NCBI GenBank assembly: GCA_034722955.1
Contig: JAYEOM010000001.1
Span: forward strand, 63,718 to 75,059
Origin: Campylobacterota bacterium
Lineage (GTDB): Bacteria > Campylobacterota > Campylobacteria > Campylobacterales > Sulfurovaceae
DNA: 11,342 nucleotides
Direction of reading: 5' to 3'
In this document: positions 7,291 through 11,342 of the stretch, one piece after another
How the letters are laid out: each line of letters opens with the position of its first letter
Numbering within the stretch: position 1 is the first letter of the stretch
The notes under the pieces: model-generated
The model's input: the letters and a program-made list of their open reading frames with translations, nothing else
Told to the model about the DNA's origin: nothing
Databases searched by the model: none
Made by a program: the position numbers and the translations under genes

Positions 7291-7548
7291 CAAATCTTCC
7301 CAAAGCAGAGGAGCTAGTGTCATTCATTTGTTTTCTTTTGTGTTTGATTTTCATACAACTATTCAATAGAGAACATTATATATCCATTAGAAAAAAACAC
7401 CCGTGCAATCCAATCTCCACTTTTTTAGACAGAATAAAAGAAGGGATATTCACTATAGCTGGGAGACAATTATAATACAACTTGGGACTTTTATCTTTAA
7501 ATTTTATCTAATAGATGCTTTAAAGTTCAATAATCTATAACCACCTTA

Positions 7549-7628
7549 GGCTACCCCAAGGAGATAAACACACAAATAGAAGCCACCAAGAGGGTAAGAT
7601 TTGCAAAATATAATTTGCAGGGGTAGCC
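7549..7628. mobile_element. 80-bp MITE-like element / internally deleted IS
   Basis: Perfect 9-bp terminal inverted repeats GGCTACCCC (7549-7557) / GGGGTAGCC (7620-7628), flanked by direct TTA (7546-7548, 7629-7631). Confidence 0.6.
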
Positions 7629-8873
7629 TTAGTGTGAAGTCGATCTGATCTCTGTGATGATCGCTTTGGCGGCTCGTATTCCGCTTGTCCATGCAAAGTG
7701 AAAATTGAATCCGCCTCTATCTCCGTCTACATCTAGCATCTCTCCGGCTATATAGATATTTTTGATCATTTTTGACTCCATTGTTTGGGAGTTGATCTCT
7801 CTAGTGTCTACTCCGCCCATAGCTACCTCAGCCCCCTCAAATCCTCTAGTGGCAGAGATGGGGAGTTTGAGGTTTTTTAGTACATAGACCAGCTTGCCTA
7901 TCTCTTTGCGGTTGAGCTCTTTTTCTGTTTTGGCTCTGCATTTTGATTGTTCGATTATGATAGGTACAAGTCTCTTATTTGTGATGCCTTGGAGCCATAG
8001 CGTGAGAGGCTTGCTGCTGTCGGGGTCGATCTGGTGGACTAGCAGATTGATCAACTGTTCTCTGCTCTGTCTAGGGGTGATATCGAGACTCAGCTGGCAA
8101 TAGGCAAACTCTGAGAGTCTCCAGCTCACCTCATGGCTGATATCGAGTATAGCTAAACCACTGATACCGTAGTTGGCAAAGAGAATATCACCTCTCTTTT
8201 GGGTGATATAGTCACTATTGGCATATAGTTTTACCACTGCTTCGATCTTGACACCACTCGCTTTTTTGACCCACTCTTCATCAGAACAGAGCTGGACTAG
8301 TGAAGGGTGGCTAGGGATGAGTCTATGTCCTAGCGAAGCAACCATCTTCAGTCCACCAAAGCACCCCCCAAGCTGTGGTGCAGCAGGTGAACCTGACGCT
8401 AGAAGAAGTCTGTTACAGCTCCTCTCTCCTTGTGTTGTCTGCAGAGTGAAGCCATACTCTGCTCTGTCGATAGCCTCTACACTACAGTCACAGGTGATCT
8501 CTACACCAGCTCTCTTGGCTTCGTATACCAAGACCTCTACGACCGTGCTTGCTTGCAGACCCATGGGAAATAGTCTACCGCCTTCTCCTTCGATCAGTGG
8601 CAAACCCATACTCTCAAAGATATCTTTGATCTCTTCTGATCCATAACCCATCAAAGCCTCTTTGATAAAATGAGGATTTTGGGAGTGGTATCGTGATGGC
8701 ACAATATTTTGATTGCCTATGTTACACTTGCCATTACCGCTCACTAGGATCTTTTTGCCTACTTTGCTGTTTTGTTCGAGTAGTGTCACAGAGATATCCT
8801 CTCTCGCGATCAAAATAGCCGCGACCAATCCACTCGCACCGCCACCGACAACTATCATTGGTTTAATTTTCAT
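7629..8873 (-). CDS. HI0933/YhiN/BaiN-family NAD(P)/FAD-dependent oxidoreductase
   Basis: VVGGGASGL, GKKILVSGNGKCN, GRLFP, GISGLAILDIS, GGVD, AGEMLDVDGDRGGFNFHFAWTSG. Confidence 0.93.
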   Translation of the reverse strand: MKIKPMIVVGGGASGLVAAILIAREDISVTLLEQNSKVGKKILVSGNGKCNIGNQNIVPSRYHSQNPHFIKEALMGYGSEEIKDIFESMGLPLIEGEGGRLFPMGLQASTVVEVLVYEAKRAGVEITCDCSVEAIDRAEYGFTLQTTQGERSCNRLLLASGSPAAPQLGGCFGGLKMVASLGHRLIPSHPSLVQLCSDEEWVKKASGVKIEAVVKLYANSDYITQKRGDILFANYGISGLAILDISHEVSWRLSEFAYCQLSLDITPRQSREQLINLLVHQIDPDSSKPLTLWLQGITNKRLVPIIIEQSKCRAKTEKELNRKEIGKLVYVLKNLKLPISATRGFEGAEVAMGGVDTREINSQTMESKMIKNIYIAGEMLDVDGDRGGFNFHFAWTSGIRAAKAIITEIRSTSH

Positions 8874-8877
8874 AAGG

Positions 8878-8887
8878 TATTATAACA
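8878..8887. promoter_or_regulatory. overlapping divergent -10 elements; leaderless promoter for flavoprotein gene
   Basis: Minus strand reads TGTTATAAT-ACCTT-ATG with no RBS. Plus strand has TATTAT/TATAAC upstream of the AAGGA RBS at 8897-8901. Confidence 0.6.
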
Positions 8888-8906
8888 AGAAACCGAAAGG
8901 ATTAAG

Positions 8907-9230
8907 ATGTCAGCATTAGTAGAGTTTGCGATGTTCCCCACAGATAAGAGTCAAAGCAAGAGTGCATTTGTAGCTAGAGTACTGGATATAGTCGATAGGA
9001 GTGGATTGAACTACCAGTTGACACCGATGGGAACCATCATAGAGGCAGAGAGTGTTGCTGAAGTATTTGCAGTCATCGAAGCAGCATACGAAGAGTTGCA
9101 GGAGGATTGCTCCCGTATATATAGTGCCATCAAGATCGATTATCGTAAAGGACCTCTAGGCAGGCTGGACAAAAAGATTGGCTCTGTCGAAGAGAAGCTG
9201 GGTAGAAAACTTAACTCAACTTCGATATAA
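8907..9230 (+). CDS. MTH1187/YkoF-like thiamine-binding protein (DUF77)
   Basis: EFAMFP...SAFVARV...SGLNYQLTPMGTIIE...IKIDYR...KKIGSVEEKL family pattern; AAGGA RBS. Confidence 0.9.
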   Translation: MSALVEFAMFPTDKSQSKSAFVARVLDIVDRSGLNYQLTPMGTIIEAESVAEVFAVIEAAYEELQEDCSRIYSAIKIDYRKGPLGRLDKKIGSVEEKLGRKLNSTSI

Positions 9231-9231
9231 T
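9226..9231 (+). promoter_or_regulatory. possible internal -10 (TATAAT) for DUF2892-purM genes
   Basis: GATATAAT overlaps the upstream stop codon, ~20 nt before the AAGGA RBS. Confidence 0.4.
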
Positions 9232-9262
9232 AGTACTCAAAATTATCAACAAAGGATAAGAT

Positions 9263-9490
9263 ATGTGTGCAGAGAGAGCCCAGAGAATACTTATGGCTAT
9301 TATGCTCGGTTTTGTGATGATGTTGGCTGGTCTTCAAATGTTCAAATTGGCTTTTCTACTCCAGCTTTTTATAATGATCATGCTTTTGGTTTGGGCATTT
9401 ACAAACTTCTGCCCTTCGATCTATATACTGAAAAAAGTCCTTCCTCCTTGTCATTTTGATAAAGAGGTAGAGAGCAGAGAAAATAACTAA
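9263..9490 (+). CDS. small two-TM membrane protein, DUF2892/YgaP-like
   Basis: ERxxR start, two hydrophobic helices, FCPS motif; AAGGA RBS. Confidence 0.75.
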   Translation: MCAERAQRILMAIMLGFVMMLAGLQMFKLAFLLQLFIMIMLLVWAFTNFCPSIYILKKVLPPCHFDKEVESRENN

Positions 9491-9503
9491 AAGAGAGAAT
9501 TTT

Positions 9504-10499
9504 ATGGCAAATATTTCCTATAAAGATGCTGGTGTCGATATCGATGCAGGTAATGATTTCGTCGAAGCTATCAAGAGTGATGTCAAATCTACCTTTGATA
9601 GCAATGTCATAGGTGGCATAGGCTCATTTGCAGGAGCCTATGCACTCCCCACAGGATATAGGGAGCCGGTTATCCTATCTGCTACTGATGGAGTCGGCAC
9701 AAAGCTCAAGATCGCTATAGAGAGTGGCAAGCTAGATACAGTCGGCATCGATCTAGTAGCTATGTGTGTCAATGACCTCATCTGCAACTTTGGTGTACCG
9801 ATGTTCTTCTTGGACTACTACGCCACAGGCAAACTTATCCCATCCAATGCCAAAGATGTTGTAGCGGGTATAGCAGAGGGGTGTCGTCGCTCTGAGTGTT
9901 CACTGGTAGGGGGTGAGACAGCAGAGATGCCTGGTATGTACAGTGAAGAGGACTTCGACTTGGCAGGATTTTCGGTAGGTATCGCAGAGCGGAGTGAGAT
10001 GGACACGATCTCCAATGTAAAAGCTGGTCAAATCCTCATAGCTCTGCCTAGTTCAGGTATCCACTCAAACGGCTATTCACTAGTCAGAAAAATATTTTTT
10101 GACAAACTGGAGATGAGTCTGAGTGATCAATTTGATGGCAAACCTCTCCTAGAGACTCTGTTGGAGCCTACACGCATATATGTCAAAGAGTTCAAAACAA
10201 ACAGAGAGCATATCCAAGCTCTAGCCCATATCACAGGTGGCGGACTTATAGAGAACCTCCCCCGTGTTCTTCCCGATGGGATCAAGGCAGTAGTGACAAA
10301 AGATGATATTCGTGTTCTTCCTATATTTGAATTTATGGGAGAACTTGTCGATGAAGAGGAGATGTGGAGAGCATTCAATATGGGCATAGGTATGGTATGG
10401 GTCGCCAATGAGGCTGATGTAGAGGCGATACTTGCCAACACAGATGGCTATATTATCGGAAAACTTGAAGAGGGAACCAAAGGAGTCGAATTTGTCTAA
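9504..10499 (+). CDS. purM: phosphoribosylformylglycinamidine cyclo-ligase (AIR synthetase)
   Basis: SYKDAGVDIDAG, TDGVGTKL, DLVAMCVND, FLDYYA, GGETAEMPG, SSGIHSNGYSL, HITGGG, FNMGIGM. Confidence 0.98.
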   Translation: MANISYKDAGVDIDAGNDFVEAIKSDVKSTFDSNVIGGIGSFAGAYALPTGYREPVILSATDGVGTKLKIAIESGKLDTVGIDLVAMCVNDLICNFGVPMFFLDYYATGKLIPSNAKDVVAGIAEGCRRSECSLVGGETAEMPGMYSEEDFDLAGFSVGIAERSEMDTISNVKAGQILIALPSSGIHSNGYSLVRKIFFDKLEMSLSDQFDGKPLLETLLEPTRIYVKEFKTNREHIQALAHITGGGLIENLPRVLPDGIKAVVTKDDIRVLPIFEFMGELVDEEEMWRAFNMGIGMVWVANEADVEAILANTDGYIIGKLEEGTKGVEFV

Positions 10500-10668
10500 T
10501 GTACCAGAAGATATAGGATGTGAAAATAGTGTGTGTATCCAACACGATGAGTGCCAAAGAGCAGCTATCTTTCATGATGGAACCGCTAGAGAGGTAAAAA
10601 AGTTTGGAGGTACTCCCGATAAGGGGTGCGGAAAGTTCATCCCAAAAAAGAGCCTACCAAAAAATTGA
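10492..10668 (+). CDS. 58-aa four-cysteine putative metal-binding microprotein
   Basis: TTG start 6 nt after AAGGAG (10480-10485), overlapping the purM stop; C-x4-C-x5-C-x24-C. Confidence 0.65.
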   Translation: MSNVPEDIGCENSVCIQHDECQRAAIFHDGTAREVKKFGGTPDKGCGKFIPKKSLPKN

Positions 10669-10684
10669 TTTTTAAGGAGTTGAA

Positions 10685-11342
10685 ATGAAATCGCTTATAA
10701 ATATAGTAATCTCTCTCTCGGCACTCTTTTTTTGGAGTGGATGCGGAAGTAGTGGCAGTAGTTCCGATACTACAGGATTTACCTATGCGATGGTAGAGGA
10801 TCAGCCATTTTATACTTTTGATGAAAGAGATGCTAGATGGATCCGTGTAGTATTTGATAGCAGTGGTCAAGTGGTCTATGAGATCTTGGAAGGAGATGAA
10901 ATTGGCGGTACCTACAGCATAGAGGATAGAAAAATAGTTGTCTATGACAATGACAAAGATCCTGTTATCGCTTTAGATACCGTGAAGCCTACCTTATGGG
11001 AGGTAACAAGAGCTGATAATGATGGTAGAGTTTGGCAAGATACATGGCATCTTGAGCAACAATTCTCAGCAGAGATGATCGTCGGGAAAAGGTTTCTGAG
11101 TGAATATATTTTGAATGGTACTGATACAAAAGAGGAGCTACTATTCACAGAGACAACACTCAAAATTTATGATATGGATGGGACACTTCGTGAAGAACTC
11201 CCCTATATACTGGAAAACGGTGTACTTAAAATCACAAATGCGGGAGGTACATTCTCTCTATTTTTGATGTTTGCAGATGAAGATGGCAAGCTCAATTTAT
11301 GGTATTCAAATGAGGGTGAAAGCGGCTACAGTACTTGGACTC
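10685..11342 (+). CDS. lipoprotein with two ~96-aa beta-rich repeats (3' truncated by window; absent from ORF track)
   Basis: AAGGAG RBS; MKSLINIVISLSALFFWSG-C lipobox followed by a Ser/Gly linker; frame open for 219 codons to the window end. Confidence 0.85.
   Translation, partial: MKSLINIVISLSALFFWSGCGSSGSSSDTTGFTYAMVEDQPFYTFDERDARWIRVVFDSSGQVVYEILEGDEIGGTYSIEDRKIVVYDNDKDPVIALDTVKPTLWEVTRADNDGRVWQDTWHLEQQFSAEMIVGKRFLSEYILNGTDTKEELLFTETTLKIYDMDGTLREELPYILENGVLKITNAGGTFSLFLMFADEDGKLNLWYSNEGESGYSTWT

Noticed and set aside
7317..7475. ~52-codon GTG-start plus-strand ORF after GAGGAG
   Set aside because: RBS spacing too short, no recognisable motif, lies in the decayed region
9231..9262. Riboswitch (TPP/purine) upstream of the purM cluster
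   Set aside because: Intergenic gaps are only 13-33 bp and contain no aptamer motifs
10710..10733. (CT)n and T7 tracts in the lipoprotein signal sequence as phase-variation sites
   Set aside because: Too short; similar tracts are common throughout this AT-rich window
7894..11163. ORFs 7894-8103, 8218-8646, 8713-8919, 9140-9337, 9178-9459, 9818-10015, 10127-10441, 10637-10870, 10942-11163
   Set aside because: Overlap stronger genes, including the lipoprotein missing from the track

Overview
AT-rich bacterial window, most consistent with Campylobacterota (Sulfurovum/Sulfurimonas-like). This rests on TGnTATAAT promoters without -35 boxes, AAGGA(G) RBSs and gene content, so it is inference only. 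The left, minus-strand block holds a CHAD (polyphosphate-binding) protein, a 751-aa DEDDh exonuclease + P-loop ATPase fusion, a secreted DUF4214 + GH114-like hydrolase and a small secreted 11-aa-repeat protein. The middle holds an M15 peptidase, a motif-eroded SDR and a ~560-bp 'graveyard' with BrnT-like and IS1595-like fragments plus an 80-bp MITE-like element. The right holds a leaderless YhiN/HI0933 flavoprotein divergent from a thiamine-binding protein - DUF2892 - purM - 4-Cys microprotein - repeat lipoprotein run (last gene truncated by the window). The best novel-system candidate is the exonuclease-ATPase fusion with its structured, anti-SD-rich upstream transcript. All family calls come from motif recognition by eye; no searches were run.
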